NCBI RefSeq assembly: GCF_009914755.1
Contig: NC_060927.1
Direction: 5' to 3' (one strand)
Length of the DNA: 64,000 bases
Source of the DNA: the human T2T-CHM13v2.0 reference genome, Homo sapiens
Shown: in pieces, positions 63,209-64,000 of the stretch
Position numbering within the stretch: the stretch's first letter is position 1
How the letters are laid out: each line of letters begins with the position of its first letter
The notes under the pieces: generated by a model
What the model was told of the DNA's origin: nothing
Seen by the model: the letters and a program-made list of their open reading frames with translations, nothing else
Databases searched by the model: none
Program-made: the position numbers and the translations under genes

Positions 63209-63450
63209 TGAATCAGTCAGGATGCAATCAGAAAAGGAGAAACTGTTCTGAGAGCTTAAAGCACAAGGAATTAAAAGCAGAGGTTTGGTTACACTGTTGA
63301 CAAAAGAGGCTTAGAATCTATTAAGGATCACTGATACACATCCCTACCTGTGTAGCTCTACCGAAACTTCTCTGGTTTCAGCCCATCACCATCTCTGGTG
63401 TAGCAACTGAAGTAGGTTATAACTGGTAGCCCAGCCTCTGACATTTATTT
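63209..63450 (-). mobile_element. ERVL-class LTR 3' end (LTR33-like), opposite orientation
   Basis: TGAATCAGTCAGGATGCAATCAGAAAAGGAGAAAC...AGAGGTTTGGTTACAC. Confidence 0.5.
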
Positions 63451-64000
63451 TCTTCAAAGCACATTTCAGAAGATCTTAAAGCACATCTCTGATTTGCACC
63501 CTACAACGAAATACAGAAACTGGCTAGTGTTCTGTAGACTTGTGGTCAAGTCCTAACTCATAGTGGGATAATGGGCAAAGACTTCTCTGAGTCAAAATTT
63601 TCCAATAAATAAAATTTTAACATTGGCATAGATTGGTAGATTTGAAATACTATTCACTTTGGGATATTTTGTTAAAAGCATTACTATGTGGGATTATAAA
63701 CAGATTAAAATAGAGTTCCTATGAATGAGGGCTCTCAGCGCCACGAAGCCATGCCCAGTAAGCAGCCCCAAACTCTGCTCCAGCCCCCTCCCTGCCCACC
63801 ATGTAGGTGTTAATGAAGATGTCTCATTGCATATTTTGAAAATCACTACATTAGAGGATTTTAAGGTTTCTTCAGCTCTAAATATTTTTCTCTCACTTTG
63901 TAAACAATTTTTAATGACTCTATAATCCATAAGAAATTAAATTCAGTCTTCTTAGCTTAGACATTGAAGGCTATTTATAAACTGGTTCTAACTTACTACA

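Overview
AT-rich primate (human-like) intergenic or intronic DNA. I found no credible protein-coding gene, RNA gene, CpG island or CRISPR array; the listed ORFs are repeat-derived or short, motif-free frames. The window is a mosaic of interspersed repeats: AluY/S/J and the monomers FAM/FLAM/FRAM, L1PA/L1MA/L1ME 3' fragments, L2, MIR, MaLR LTRs (THE1, MSTB, MLT1), ERVL/ERV1 LTRs (LTR47, LTR16, MER31, an ERVL LTR with a gag remnant) and MER5A/MER58B. The most notable item, found by hand translation, is a decayed Ty3/Gypsy LTR retrotransposon on the minus strand at ~13.4-15.8 kb. Its pol remnants run integrase > reverse transcriptase > RNase H > PPT > LTR, the unusual Gmr1-type order. A second copy of the integrase C-terminal module sits after RNase H, the canonical position. 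Other oddities are a 128-bp tandem duplication with an AluY at its junction, a double hairpin and several templated-insertion junctions. Repeat subfamily names come from recalled consensus sequences and need RepeatMasker/Dfam confirmation.
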